64,000 bases of DNA from Promethearchaeota archaeon (GCA_048938385.1 JBHLMG010000001.1:32001-96000); one strand, 5' to 3'. Shown: positions 18,720 through 28,421, counted from the first letter of the stretch. Numbers and translations: made by a program. Notes: generated from the letters alone by a model not told the origin.

Positions 18720-19610
18720 TCAAATTGACCAAAATCCTTCTAGTCGATCACCAACTGATTGACCGGTTCCATCTTGCACTGAGTTTTCAAAATCTTCGCC
18801 CCATTCAGATTTAATGAACTCCATGAGCCGCTCAATTGAGGCTCCTTTGTAATCAATGGCTTGTTGAAGCATCTTATTCGAGATTGTAGATTTTACTCCG
18901 ACTCCTTGAAGCAAACGAAGCCGCATTAAAATTATTAAAACCCGCCAAGCGGCCTCCACAAAACCCTGAATGTGCTCTCGGTAAAGGCTTTGACGAACTC
19001 GTTCTTCTTCATTATTGAGATCAATCAAACTACTTTCTAATCTTTTACTTACCTTACCTTGTGCTGCTCTGCGTAGTATTCGAGTGATTCGTTCCATTTT
19101 CATTCTGGTTTCTGATGTCACCTTTTCTAGTAATTTTTCTTCAAAGCCAACCTTGGATACAGACTTATATCCACCATTTGATTCGAGTTTGAGCCCCCCT
19201 TCCCTGTGTCGTAAAATTATTGGTGAGAATGAGTTATTACTAATATTACTGTGAACCTGATCAAAATAACTCGAATCTGTTACTATGATCCATCCTTGAA
19301 AATTGGATATCTCATTACTTACAAGATTCATGGAGGATGACGGAGATCGATAAATCATACGCTCTCCGTTATAATCACTTTTCTCGTGCTCTACCATTCT
19401 CGTGTGTTCAGAATTAGAAATGAAATCAGATCCAAACACTACTTCTCGTCTGTGTGGCACTAATTTGACTAAGGCTTCTGCTATCATATCGGCTGATTCG
19501 GGAGAATCACTAGAAATAATCACGGGATAACGATCTAAAATAGAACGTAGCACGATTGCAAGATTTTTGCGATTTAATGTATTCAATTCGCCATCAAGGA
19601 AGATATTCAT
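18720..19610 (-). CDS. Hypothetical protein, possible DENN-like domain
   Basis: LRSILDRYPVIISSDSPESADMIAEALVKLVP resembles the cDENN core; C-terminal helical region. Confidence 0.45.
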   Translation of the reverse strand: MNIFLDGELNTLNRKNLAIVLRSILDRYPVIISSDSPESADMIAEALVKLVPHRREVVFGSDFISNSEHTRMVEHEKSDYNGERMIYRSPSSSMNLVSNEISNFQGWIIVTDSSYFDQVHSNISNNSFSPIILRHREGGLKLESNGGYKSVSKVGFEEKLLEKVTSETRMKMERITRILRRAAQGKVSKRLESSLIDLNNEEERVRQSLYREHIQGFVEAAWRVLIILMRLRLLQGVGVKSTISNKMLQQAIDYKGASIERLMEFIKSEWGEDFENSVQDGTGQSVGDRLEGFWSI

Positions 19611-20521
19611 CGTGCTATCGCCTCTAAAAATCCGTTTACATCCAATGTCGGGCGTTGAGCCGTAGGTGCCTTTTGTAACACGGATTCAATTTCAGATATG
19701 AAGTTTGGAATCACAAGTCGAAGTAATCCCAGGCGCATTGAATCCTTTTTTATCAATGTGCTAAAGAGCCCACCGGCAAGTCGGTAAATGAAATGTTGTT
19801 GGTTACCACAATCACAAAGTACCTGAAGAATTCTCGTTCGCTTAACAAGTTGGGCGACCTTCCGAGAAGTATCAAAAAGAGTATAGGTTAATGTTGAGTT
19901 TCTAATTCGGACGCCTTCGTTGTATCGCTGCGTTGGAATCAAATAACCACCTTCAAGGCATACTTCACCAGTTTCTGCTGATGGTAATGCCTGAAGAAAA
20001 TCCATAACTATCTCAGTAATTTGCTGAGCTGTACTTTCGGTGATTGAAAGGTTCACAGTGCTTGGTGTCCAAGTTCGCTGTGGCCCTTCGCGCACATTAA
20101 ACGCGTTATATATCTGTGCCTTTTCTCTGTTCTCAAATGCTCGTAAAGGTGGAATAAAGTGTTCGTTCCATAGCGACTCATCGAGATGCCTTATAGTGCG
20201 TTCAAGCTGTAGAAGTAGTGCTCCAAGATTACTTTGACTTTGTGTAGTTACAGTAATGAAATAGTTACTTGCCCGTGGAAGCGTTGCAAGTAAGAACTTG
20301 CTTCTTTCTCCCTCAATAAGAACATAGGATAAATCATCATGCAGCCGTTGGGCAACAGATAGAATCGCAGCCGCTGACGATGATAACCCAAATATCTCGT
20401 TTTCTGAAAGCCAGACGCCGCTACTTGTGATGGGATATCCATCTCGTTGTGCTAAAACAGAGTTTTCTACTCCAGGAACAGCTTTGATGCTTTGGAGATG
20501 TAAATTACACTGGTCTAGCAT
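19607..20521 (-). CDS. Tandem roadblock/LC7 (MglB-like) domain protein (true start ATG 20521)
   Basis: VPGVENSVLAQRDGYPI...SAAAILSVA...VLIEGE...NLGALL, and a second degenerate roadblock (EGGYLI...RLGLLRL). The longer ORF-track start lies inside tRNA-Leu. Confidence 0.82.
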   Translation of the reverse strand: MLDQCNLHLQSIKAVPGVENSVLAQRDGYPITSSGVWLSENEIFGLSSSAAAILSVAQRLHDDLSYVLIEGERSKFLLATLPRASNYFITVTTQSQSNLGALLLQLERTIRHLDESLWNEHFIPPLRAFENREKAQIYNAFNVREGPQRTWTPSTVNLSITESTAQQITEIVMDFLQALPSAETGEVCLEGGYLIPTQRYNEGVRIRNSTLTYTLFDTSRKVAQLVKRTRILQVLCDCGNQQHFIYRLAGGLFSTLIKKDSMRLGLLRLVIPNFISEIESVLQKAPTAQRPTLDVNGFLEAIAR

Positions 20522-20607
20522 TTTATGTGACACTATTAGCAAGCTCCATAATTTGGAGAAGCTTTGCGTATAAAAACCAGCAAAAGTGATCAGATTCGTG
20601 AAAGAGG

Positions 20608-20719
20608 TGCGGGGGGTGGGATTCGAACCCACGAAGGTCTACACCACAGGAGCCTCAGTCCTGCCCCTTTAGTCAGATTTCATAACTGAAATCCTTAGAC
20701 CATGCTCGGGTACCCCCGC
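20608..20719 (-). tRNA. tRNA-Leu(GAG) with a 27-nt intron at 21/22 (20669..20695); CCA not encoded
   Basis: Acceptor GCGGGGG/CCCCCGC, anticodon loop CT-GAG-GC, long variable arm, TTCGAAT. BHB: GGTC-TA^A-GGATTTCA..TGAAATCT-GACT-AA^A. Confidence 0.93.
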
Positions 20720-20750
20720 AGCATCAGTAAGCATCCCGTTTTCTCCTCAC

Positions 20751-20757
20751 TTTTTAA
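20751..20757 (-). promoter_or_regulatory. TATA box for tRNA-Leu
   Basis: TTAAAAA about 32 nt upstream of the mature 5' end. Confidence 0.5.
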
Positions 20758-20970
20758 CTTTGTCGGCGAGATGCCTCATTTCCTTGAGAAGGGGAATCAA
20801 TCATCGTGTTTGTCAGTGTACTTGTATAAACCCAATCCTTCATGTTATGAAGGCTCAATAGATCATTTGGCGCCAATAAACCCCGAATTCCATTCGATGG
20901 AATGTGCAGCTTTTTTACTTGGCTCTAGCAGCTCAAAAAACGCGATTCTCAGTTGAAATGGTTTTTTTGG

Positions 20971-21113
20971 TGGGTAATACTCGTTTTTTTTCAAAGGTTT
21001 TGAGTTTCGAGCTTTAATAAAGCTTGGTTTCCTCCGTGGTGGATTCACTTTGACTGAATATATTCTATGGGTAATACGCAGATAATACCAGCATCTTTTC
21101 AGAGCATTACCCA
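20971..21113. promoter_or_regulatory. Repeated TGGGTAATRC boxes and palindromic TATA upstream of cdrS-ftsZ
   Basis: TGGGTAATAC at 20971 and 21068, inverted GCATTACCCA at 21104; palindrome AGCTTTAATAAAGCT at 21010..21024. Confidence 0.55.
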
Positions 21114-21116
21114 GGT

Positions 21117-21299
21117 ATGTATCTGATTGAAATGAAGCTGATCACAGTTAATCTACCCGAAGCTTATGTTAACGGCATTGAAAAACTGATCGTCGAAAAA
21201 CTCTACCCCAATCGAAGTGAGGCCATTCGAATTGCAGTGAGAGATCTTCTGAAGAAAGAACTTTGGGAGAGCAATTCTCCACAAATGAAAGCTAGGTGA
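21117..21299 (+). CDS. cdrS: Ribbon-helix-helix cell division regulator CdrS
   Basis: MKLITVNLP...YPNRSEAIR.AVRDLL; lies directly upstream of ftsZ. Confidence 0.85.
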   Translation: MYLIEMKLITVNLPEAYVNGIEKLIVEKLYPNRSEAIRIAVRDLLKKELWESNSPQMKAR

Positions 21300-21305
21300 A
21301 ACGCA

Positions 21306-22643
21306 ATGGGAGCGGGTTTATCAAAAATTGTACAGGATGCCGCTAGACGCCCTACACCTACTCCAACTCGGTTTTCGAAAACTGGAGCTAGAATAATGGT
21401 TGCTGGTGTCGGGGGTGGTGGAAATAACACCATAAACCGACTCGTTCAGATTGGTATCCAAGGGGCTGAATGTATCGCAGTTAACACTGACCAACAGCAT
21501 CTTGATCATGTTGACGCTCACCAGAAACTGCTAATAGGAAAAACAATAACTAGAGGTTTAGGAACGGGTGGGTTTCCTGAATTAGGTGCAGCAGCAGCTG
21601 AAGAATCTCGGCAAGATCTAATTAATCTCCTTCGTGGAGTTGATTTGCTATTTATTGCAGCAGGATTAGGGGGTGGAACAGGAACCGGTGCCGCACCTGT
21701 AATTGCTGAAATTGCTAAACAAAATGGCGCTATTGTTGTCTGCACAGTCACTACGCCTTTCACCATTGAAGGCGCCCGTATCGATAAAGCTCATAGAGGG
21801 CTCCAAAGGTTGCGTCGATATGCGGACACCGTTATAGTAATTGATAACAACAAACTTCTTGAAATTGCACGAGACCTTCCAATAGATGAGGCGTTTAGTG
21901 TTGCTGATGAAATTCTTGCAAGTATGGTAAAAGGGGTTACTGAGACCATTAGCCTACCGAGCCTCATTAACCTTGATTTTGCGGATGTAAGAAGCGTCTT
22001 AGCGGGTGGTGGTGTAGCTCTAGTCGGTCTTGGAGAAGCTGCCCCTTCGGAAAACAAAAATTACGACCGTATTTCCGAAGCTGTGAAGAACGCCCTTCAT
22101 TCACCATTACTTGGAGATCTAAGCGTTAAAGGAGCAACAGGAGCGTTGATACATGTCATTGGTGGACCTGATCTTAGTCTTGAAGAGGCAACTCGAGTTG
22201 CAGATGTTGTCACACGCCAAATGCGCCATGACGCTAGAATAATTTGGGGTGCCCGTATCCTTCCTGATTTTGCTGGGTATGTGCGTGTTTTGTTAATCGT
22301 AACCGGACTAGAGGGTAATTCAGCCGTACTACCTGGGTTCAGGGGCAACATCGAGATATTCGACGATGTCGATTGGGGCGCTCTTCAATTGTATCGGATT
22401 GATGCCCCAGAAGATAGTATAGGATCAACAAGCGAAATCCTTTCAGGAATAGCGCATACCTTCGAAGGAACAACATCTACTCCTCTGGTTCCTGATCAAC
22501 CCGGGGAAATCCGCGAACACACACCCGCTTCACAATCACATGTTCCCACAGCATTTCCAATGGCTTCGAGCTTCATAGAAAATGAACCCTTGCAAGGGCT
22601 AGGGTTGAAAAAAATCGAATCCACCTCGAGCGCTAGTTCATAG
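21306..22643 (+). CDS. ftsZ: Cell division protein FtsZ with a long low-complexity C-terminal tail
   Basis: GVGGGGNN, NTD, GGGTGTG signature, T7 loop LINLDFAD. Confidence 0.96.
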   Translation: MGAGLSKIVQDAARRPTPTPTRFSKTGARIMVAGVGGGGNNTINRLVQIGIQGAECIAVNTDQQHLDHVDAHQKLLIGKTITRGLGTGGFPELGAAAAEESRQDLINLLRGVDLLFIAAGLGGGTGTGAAPVIAEIAKQNGAIVVCTVTTPFTIEGARIDKAHRGLQRLRRYADTVIVIDNNKLLEIARDLPIDEAFSVADEILASMVKGVTETISLPSLINLDFADVRSVLAGGGVALVGLGEAAPSENKNYDRISEAVKNALHSPLLGDLSVKGATGALIHVIGGPDLSLEEATRVADVVTRQMRHDARIIWGARILPDFAGYVRVLLIVTGLEGNSAVLPGFRGNIEIFDDVDWGALQLYRIDAPEDSIGSTSEILSGIAHTFEGTTSTPLVPDQPGEIREHTPASQSHVPTAFPMASSFIENEPLQGLGLKKIESTSSASS

Positions 22644-22663
22644 TAACCACAAACGGTGAACTA

Positions 22664-22876
22664 TCAACCCATCCAACCAAAAAACGCCTGTCGCAACTGG
22701 TCCAATTGAATAAGGATTGACTGAAAAAGTCCCTGTGACCAACCTATCACATCGAGAATAATTGTAATGAGTATTGCGATGGTCAGAATTGCTAGACCAA
22801 GTAAAAGTCCTTCCTCAACTAGGGGTGATCCTCGTCTATTTCGAATGAAATCAATAAGTATCTGAAATAGCCGCAT
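22664..22876 (-). CDS. Small type IV/Flp-like pilin (likely start ATG 22876)
   Basis: Class III signal peptide RRG/SPLVE with Glu+5, then a hydrophobic helix; downstream of tad genes. Confidence 0.7.
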   Translation of the reverse strand: MRLFQILIDFIRNRRGSPLVEEGLLLGLAILTIAILITIILDVIGWSQGLFQSILIQLDQLRQAFFGWMG

Positions 22877-22924
22877 TCTCAAGTCCTGTAAACTACTTTT
22901 CGCTTCACTATTTAAGCTCCACAA

Positions 22925-23614
22925 TTAAATGAATGCAAAGAGAAGTTGGCTAGTAAGAATGTAAGTGCAGCCAAAGGCCATAACATACAAGAACACTGTC
23001 CGCATAGATCCTTCAACGGTTTGGTTAAGTCGATATCCAGTAACAATGACGGTTAGGAATAACGCAGTGAGAACTGAAAACGAAAAGGGCGTTTGGATCC
23101 CAGGGTCAGGATAGTTGAACCCTCCAGCAATGAACGCTAATGATAACATTGGAGCTAAAGCGGTAATCATACCCAAAACTATCGATGAAACAAGAGCGAG
23201 AGCCAATACTTTCACTTTCTGACTCGAAATAAGGCTCTTCCGCACTTTAGTCATTGCATTGTTTTTGCGAACTTGTTTAATTACTTGTAACATTCTTTCG
23301 CCTCCAACCTTCGATCCTTTTTCAAGAAAACGACCCAACAGCTCAACTAATCGAGAATATTTCGTATAGGAATATGTAGAACACAAATCTCCCCAGGCTT
23401 TTCGAAACGATTTCGTACCTTCTAGAATTCCTCTAATAGCTCGTCTAATGAAATCTGGCGTTTGGTCGCCAAAATACTCTGCAGTGCGAACTAAGGCAAA
23501 CTCAGGACTAGCCCCAGAAGTTAATTCGTAGGAAAAATGAGCGATGAAATCCACAAATTGATCAAATCCATTATTTTGTCCCAATCCTTCATTCCCCCAA
23601 TAGAATGAGCTCAT
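22925..23614 (-). CDS. TadC/T2SS-F-like pilus assembly membrane protein
   Basis: EL.SG.SPE.AL pattern, 3 C-terminal TMs, operon context. Confidence 0.7.
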   Translation of the reverse strand: MSSFYWGNEGLGQNNGFDQFVDFIAHFSYELTSGASPEFALVRTAEYFGDQTPDFIRRAIRGILEGTKSFRKAWGDLCSTYSYTKYSRLVELLGRFLEKGSKVGGERMLQVIKQVRKNNAMTKVRKSLISSQKVKVLALALVSSIVLGMITALAPMLSLAFIAGGFNYPDPGIQTPFSFSVLTALFLTVIVTGYRLNQTVEGSMRTVFLYVMAFGCTYILTSQLLFAFI

Positions 23615-24422
23615 TCGAAAATAGCATCTTTTGCATTATCTTTGAGAGTCCAAACTGAAAAACAGGTAAGATTAAGATAAGAGGGTGTTCTGCTAAACCG
23701 CGAATAGCGACACCTAAGAGAATAATTACTGGTAAGAACACCAGCAGTCCCGAATATACCATCATGCGGCTTTCCCATTGCATCGTAAGCCCTTCGTAAT
23801 GTCTTTGAAGATTCTCATGGGCATCTAGAATCACAGTGTCCAAGCTATCATTAGAGGCTTCAACCAATTGTACAAAAGCTAATAATCCCCTTCGAAGAGT
23901 AATTGAAGGCTGACTGTAGGCGAAGTTCATGAGAAGCTGTTCGGGCGCAACTCCTTGATTTAAGGACGAAATCATTTTTAAAAACGCAGTTGAAATTTGA
24001 TCATATTCGCCTCTTGATACATATTGAATTGATTCAAACACTGATCCTGTCGCAAGAAAAATCGTAGCTAGCTCTTCTAAAACATATGGCGTGTGTTTTG
24101 CAATCTGAGTTAATATTCGATTGTATTCTGATGATATAGAATTAGTAAGAAGTAAACCGCTCATTGAGGCGATTGTGACCCCCAAAATCATAGCACTAAT
24201 TGAGTTGACAAGGAAATTCAACAAAAGGGTTGTTAAGCCAAAAATTGTGACGCTAAAGAATAGAACCCCTCCTAAGATGTGCTCGGGTTGAACAGTGTCA
24301 TGGTACAGGAAGTTTACTGCTTTCTTAAATTCTAAGGAGACGAAATGTTTACCTACAAGCCGTGAACCTGGAACGCCTTTTCCAATTTTAGCTAGTAATG
24401 GTATGTAACCCAACAGTCTCAC
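23589..24422 (-). CDS. TadB/T2SS-F-like pilus assembly membrane protein
   Basis: P..LEELA......G....SI......Y..IS..F pattern, TMs, adjacent to the secretion ATPase. Confidence 0.75.
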   Translation of the reverse strand: MRLLGYIPLLAKIGKGVPGSRLVGKHFVSLEFKKAVNFLYHDTVQPEHILGGVLFFSVTIFGLTTLLLNFLVNSISAMILGVTIASMSGLLLTNSISSEYNRILTQIAKHTPYVLEELATIFLATGSVFESIQYVSRGEYDQISTAFLKMISSLNQGVAPEQLLMNFAYSQPSITLRRGLLAFVQLVEASNDSLDTVILDAHENLQRHYEGLTMQWESRMMVYSGLLVFLPVIILLGVAIRGLAEHPLILILPVFQFGLSKIMQKMLFSNELILLGE

Positions 24423-26454
24423 TCCTACTTACAGGTTTTTTTCGTTGAGATTGAGAAGATAACTCGTTTTGGGGGAACAGGCTTGCATGGGCGGTATCAA
24501 ATGTAGATACAATCACGCTGGGGTTCAATTGTTTACTTGAGACAAGACGATGGAGAGTCTTCTCATAAGTCTGATAGAGTCTAAGAATTACCATTTCTGA
24601 TATCGATTGGAACTGACAGGATCGGGTAATCAGGGGGGTTATGACATCGCGTTCTTTATGTTCTAGTTGTTTGGAAGCTTTGTTCCATTCAAACAGCGTT
24701 CTCAGCGTTGTCTCTCCTTCTGCAAAAGACACTTCACTTATCTGAGCGACTCGACGAATAATTTGCCCTCGAAAATTCTCCTTGACCATATGAATCAGTA
24801 ATCCAAGACCTTGAAAGCAAACCTCAGGGATGTTGTGATGAATGCGCCATCGTAATAAAAGCTCAGCATTCGAATTAGCATGACATGTTTGGATACCTTT
24901 TATTCCCGCACTTAGAGCATGGAACATTGCTGAACTGTGTTCAGCGGTTTGGAGTTCACCCAGGAAAACCCAATCAGGTGATCGATGTAATAATCGAATA
25001 ATTTCATTTGATTTTGTTAATCGACTATTCTCAGTAGAGTCGAAAGGATCAACCTTGAAGATTACTTTATGTCTTCCTTCTTCATTCACAGTTACGCTTT
25101 CTAATGCATCCTCAATGGCAATTCTTCGCCAACTAGGTGGGGCTACCAAATTAATTGCATTCGCCATGGTTGTTTTTCCAGTGGCAGGTTCACCACAAAT
25201 TGTGATGTTGATACGAAGCGACATGCAGAGGATTAGAAAGGCTGCAGCTTGTAAAGAAATGGTCCCATTAATTATGAGTTCAGGCAAAGTTAGTGTTCGC
25301 ATTCGAATCTTCCGAATATTCAAATGAGAACCACCATGAGCTAAAGGAGGAATATCGATTGCAGCCCTTACATGAAATAGGCTCGTTTTCAATTCAGTTT
25401 TTAAAGAAGGGGTTTTTTCATCCAGAGGCTTCCGGCTTTCAAGGCGTAGTCGAGTTATAATGTGGGATAACTCCGAATGCGAAGGGGCTAGATTACTTTT
25501 ACAGCGCCCCCATCGAGCATGATCAAGATAATAAGCACTCTCAGGGCTATCCAGATACACTTCTTGAACTTCATCGTCAAGTAAAAGTGGCATTGTTTTT
25601 GTGAAATTAAGGCTTTGAGCCGTAGCATAAATTGCAAACTTGGCTCGGTCTTCTTCGTTTAATTCCGCAAAATGAGTAGCAATATAATGCTGAAAATCAG
25701 CGATCTTCGAATGGATGACTTCATCTAAGGTTTGAAGTCTAAAATCAGAAGAATCAACCAAGTTTTGTTTAGAATGAAGCTGCTGGAGTATTCGCGGGGA
25801 TAAAACATCGTTAAGCGATAATACAACGCGATAATATTTCTCAAGGGGGGCATGAGCAAAATCTATTATCTCAACCTTAAATGGACCCACTTCATAGGAG
25901 CTTAGAGTGTGATGAGGCGTCTCTACACTATGAAGGGCTAGCTCTGCCTTTGAAGCTCGTCGTATTTTCAATAGGTTCTCAAAAAGACGAATATTCTGTG
26001 TTGGGGTACCGCTCTGGGCGTTTTTTAACTTGGATATTAATGTGGTCTTTTCGAGTGCTGCTAAGAACTCATGAATAAGGTGTTTATTGCTTGATCGAGA
26101 TGCGTTTTTCACCGTATTATATGCTGCTAAGGGCGTTGAGTATAACTGTTGTTTAATGGCAGGAAATTGCTTGCTAACTTCGTGTATCCGGTTCTCGAAT
26201 TGGGATAAAAACGAAGAGTAGTCTTTGAGCATCTCCATAGAGCTGGCTGGGATTGTTACTACCTGATGCCTTGTCATAAAGCGGCAAGGAAGAGACTCAG
26301 TAGTAAAAGGCATTATTTGGAGGAATTGATGAAGGCAATGAGAGTCTACTGACAAGTCCCCTTTGGTTGTCTTATCATAAGGACAAAGATCACAGCTAAA
26401 AGTCAAGCTTCTCGAATTGAGACTATCCTCTTCAAGTTGGAATGGACAAACCAT
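24388..26454 (-). CDS. Type II/IV secretion (VirB11/TadA family) ATPase
   Basis: Walker A GEPATGKTT, IED..E, LHRSPD..FLGE, TCHA; N-terminal Cys cluster. Confidence 0.88.
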   Translation of the reverse strand: MVCPFQLEEDSLNSRSLTFSCDLCPYDKTTKGDLSVDSHCLHQFLQIMPFTTESLPCRFMTRHQVVTIPASSMEMLKDYSSFLSQFENRIHEVSKQFPAIKQQLYSTPLAAYNTVKNASRSSNKHLIHEFLAALEKTTLISKLKNAQSGTPTQNIRLFENLLKIRRASKAELALHSVETPHHTLSSYEVGPFKVEIIDFAHAPLEKYYRVVLSLNDVLSPRILQQLHSKQNLVDSSDFRLQTLDEVIHSKIADFQHYIATHFAELNEEDRAKFAIYATAQSLNFTKTMPLLLDDEVQEVYLDSPESAYYLDHARWGRCKSNLAPSHSELSHIITRLRLESRKPLDEKTPSLKTELKTSLFHVRAAIDIPPLAHGGSHLNIRKIRMRTLTLPELIINGTISLQAAAFLILCMSLRINITICGEPATGKTTMANAINLVAPPSWRRIAIEDALESVTVNEEGRHKVIFKVDPFDSTENSRLTKSNEIIRLLHRSPDWVFLGELQTAEHSSAMFHALSAGIKGIQTCHANSNAELLLRWRIHHNIPEVCFQGLGLLIHMVKENFRGQIIRRVAQISEVSFAEGETTLRTLFEWNKASKQLEHKERDVITPLITRSCQFQSISEMVILRLYQTYEKTLHRLVSSKQLNPSVIVSTFDTAHASLFPQNELSSQSQRKKPVSRSETVGLHTITS

Positions 26455-26556
26455 ACTCGCCGTTCAGCTAGTTCAGAAATTGGTATTTAAAGGAAGAAAA
26501 ATCTCGAAAAATAGGACTTTATATTCTGCATAGTTAGAGTTGAATATGGGACCAAG

Positions 26557-26952
26557 TTGAATCAGAGCCTCGAGAAAATTATCATTATCGGATTGAACCT
26601 CACACTTCTCGTTACAATTGGAGTTCCACTACTGTTTGCAACTACTCAGGTAATTTCTGAAACAGAACACACAGTAGCCTTCCAAAACTTCGTCCAAGAG
26701 GTTGATGAAACCATTCTGCTTGCAGACCAGGGACAATCAGTTATAGTGAAACAAGTTTTCGTTCCTGTGAATGTATCGATCTTAACTGAAAACACTCAAC
26801 TCATTTTCAAAATATATCTTGGTTCCTGGCAAATGGCAGCACGAACCTATCGATGTCCCCTTCAGTTGTCAAGCCCCACCCAGAGCGGTCTTCACTGGTT
26901 GACAGTTAACGCAACTAGTTCATCGATTTCTATTTCCTTTCAACCAATATAG
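26557..26952 (+). CDS. Pilin-like/secreted protein divergent from the tad operon
   Basis: N-terminal QSLE plus hydrophobic helix, then a beta-rich domain. Confidence 0.5.
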   Translation: MNQSLEKIIIIGLNLTLLVTIGVPLLFATTQVISETEHTVAFQNFVQEVDETILLADQGQSVIVKQVFVPVNVSILTENTQLIFKIYLGSWQMAARTYRCPLQLSSPTQSGLHWLTVNATSSSISISFQPI

Positions 26953-26961
26953 GGTGGACCA

Positions 26962-27204
26962 ATGATCGTATTCCCACTTCTCAAAATCTTACTCTGTTCT
27001 TGGATAATTCTGCTAATTATTCAATCAATTAGTCACAATATTCTTACACTCACTTTGATCTCAGGAGTGATTGTTACCTCCATACCAATAGCACTAGGGT
27101 TTGCCTGGATTAGCGGACCTATTGTGTTTCAAACGGTGTTTCTTTTCACGCTATTTGTAATTGCTGTGATACTAATTCATTTAATACAGCTAGGGCTGGG
27201 GTAG
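26962..27204 (+). CDS. Small hydrophobic membrane protein
   Basis: 80 aa, about 3 TMs, SD-like GGGTGG upstream. Confidence 0.5.
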   Translation: MIVFPLLKILLCSWIILLIIQSISHNILTLTLISGVIVTSIPIALGFAWISGPIVFQTVFLFTLFVIAVILIHLIQLGLG

Positions 27205-28194
27205 CATTTGAAAAAGGTGTTTTTTTAGTAATTTCGCGTAATGATCGCGAACACTGTACTCTGCTGCGTTCGTAGCTTTTGAAATCAGGCGTTGAGTGAG
27301 AATTGGCCGGCGCTTAGCTATTTTTGCCATGAGAAGGTCAGAGCTGTACACGACTGCGACGGCAAAGATGAATGGGTTCCTGCCGCCGCGTGTTTGGGCA
27401 TCGATTTTACTAAACAACTGGTTAGCATACTTCAACAAGCGTGATTGATACTCTTCAATGGACAACCCTGCTCGACGAAGCCGTTGCCGTATCGTGGGGT
27501 GAAGAACAGTCTGTGACACTATCCGTTGCAGATAATCTTCGCTCTTCCGCTTGACAGGGGCTAGTGGGAGCTTCTTCTTTACTGAAAGCGCTTGACGAAT
27601 TATTGAACGGCTAGTGACTCGGTGACCGAGCTTTTGAAACGCATCTGCAATTTCTTGGAGCGTAATAGGGGCGTTCCCTTTTGACTCACGGACTGCTAGC
27701 ATTAATCCGTATGCCATCAGGGTCAGATGGCTCGTGATATCGTGATTTTCAAGGTTCCTATCCATTTTCTGATAATAGTAGGCTGCTCTATCCTTAATAC
27801 TATCAGGTAAGGAAAGTAGTTCCGCCACTCGACTTAAGGAGCGCAAGGCTCGATAGGTCGTCTCGCGCTTTGCGATCCGTAGACGAAGATTATAGTCGAA
27901 TTTTAGCCTTCGAAACAACCGTTGGCCTCGTGGGGTTAATGGCCTCCCCGTCTTATCGTGGAAAAAACGGCTGGCTTGGTAATCAATGAAACTCCCCAAA
28001 CCACCAACCATCACAGCTCTTTGTCCTAGCGCAACATAGGATTTAGCCTGTGAGGATGAACTTTCCTCCTTATACATCTGGTATGGTGAACTCACTACTT
28101 GGCGTTCAAGGACTAAACCACAAGTAGCACACACATACTCACCATTTGTGAGAATTGCCTTTCCGGGGCATTCGGTGCAGCATAGATTCTCCAT
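27190..28194 (-). CDS. Divergent transcription initiation factor IIB (TFB) paralog
   Basis: Zn ribbon CTEC..GEYVCATCGLV, cyclin-like repeats (LSLPDSIKDRA; GGRNP..A.A.VY; TQ..IS......YSVR). No EWRAF B-reader motif. Confidence 0.8.
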   Translation of the reverse strand: MENLCCTECPGKAILTNGEYVCATCGLVLERQVVSSPYQMYKEESSSSQAKSYVALGQRAVMVGGLGSFIDYQASRFFHDKTGRPLTPRGQRLFRRLKFDYNLRLRIAKRETTYRALRSLSRVAELLSLPDSIKDRAAYYYQKMDRNLENHDITSHLTLMAYGLMLAVRESKGNAPITLQEIADAFQKLGHRVTSRSIIRQALSVKKKLPLAPVKRKSEDYLQRIVSQTVLHPTIRQRLRRAGLSIEEYQSRLLKYANQLFSKIDAQTRGGRNPFIFAVAVVYSSDLLMAKIAKRRPILTQRLISKATNAAEYSVRDHYAKLLKKHLFQMLPQP

Positions 28195-28421
28195 CTTCCT
28201 ATCACTTCAGGCGGCTCTACTTCCTGAAGCGAAACCGCTCTTAACCTGACTTTTGGCACAACAGCGTCTGCCCTAGCATACGCTCTGTACGCAACAGCGG
28301 ACCTCTACCTATCCTGTAACTGACAACAAGTCCATTGAGAGACACGATGCTGAAACTATTAACAAAGTATAAAAACGGATGAACAATCACTACACCAAGC
28401 AGAAATTAGGAGGAAAATCGT

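Noticed and set aside
20522-20632. N-terminal extension of the roadblock ORF (MGSNPTPRT...)
   Set aside because: It begins inside tRNA-Leu (GGTTCGAATCCC read as protein); the real start is ATG 20521.
20702-21048. Short ORFs 20702..20956 and 20863..21048
   Set aside because: They overlap the tRNA and its promoter or the cdrS promoter region; no motif or SD support.
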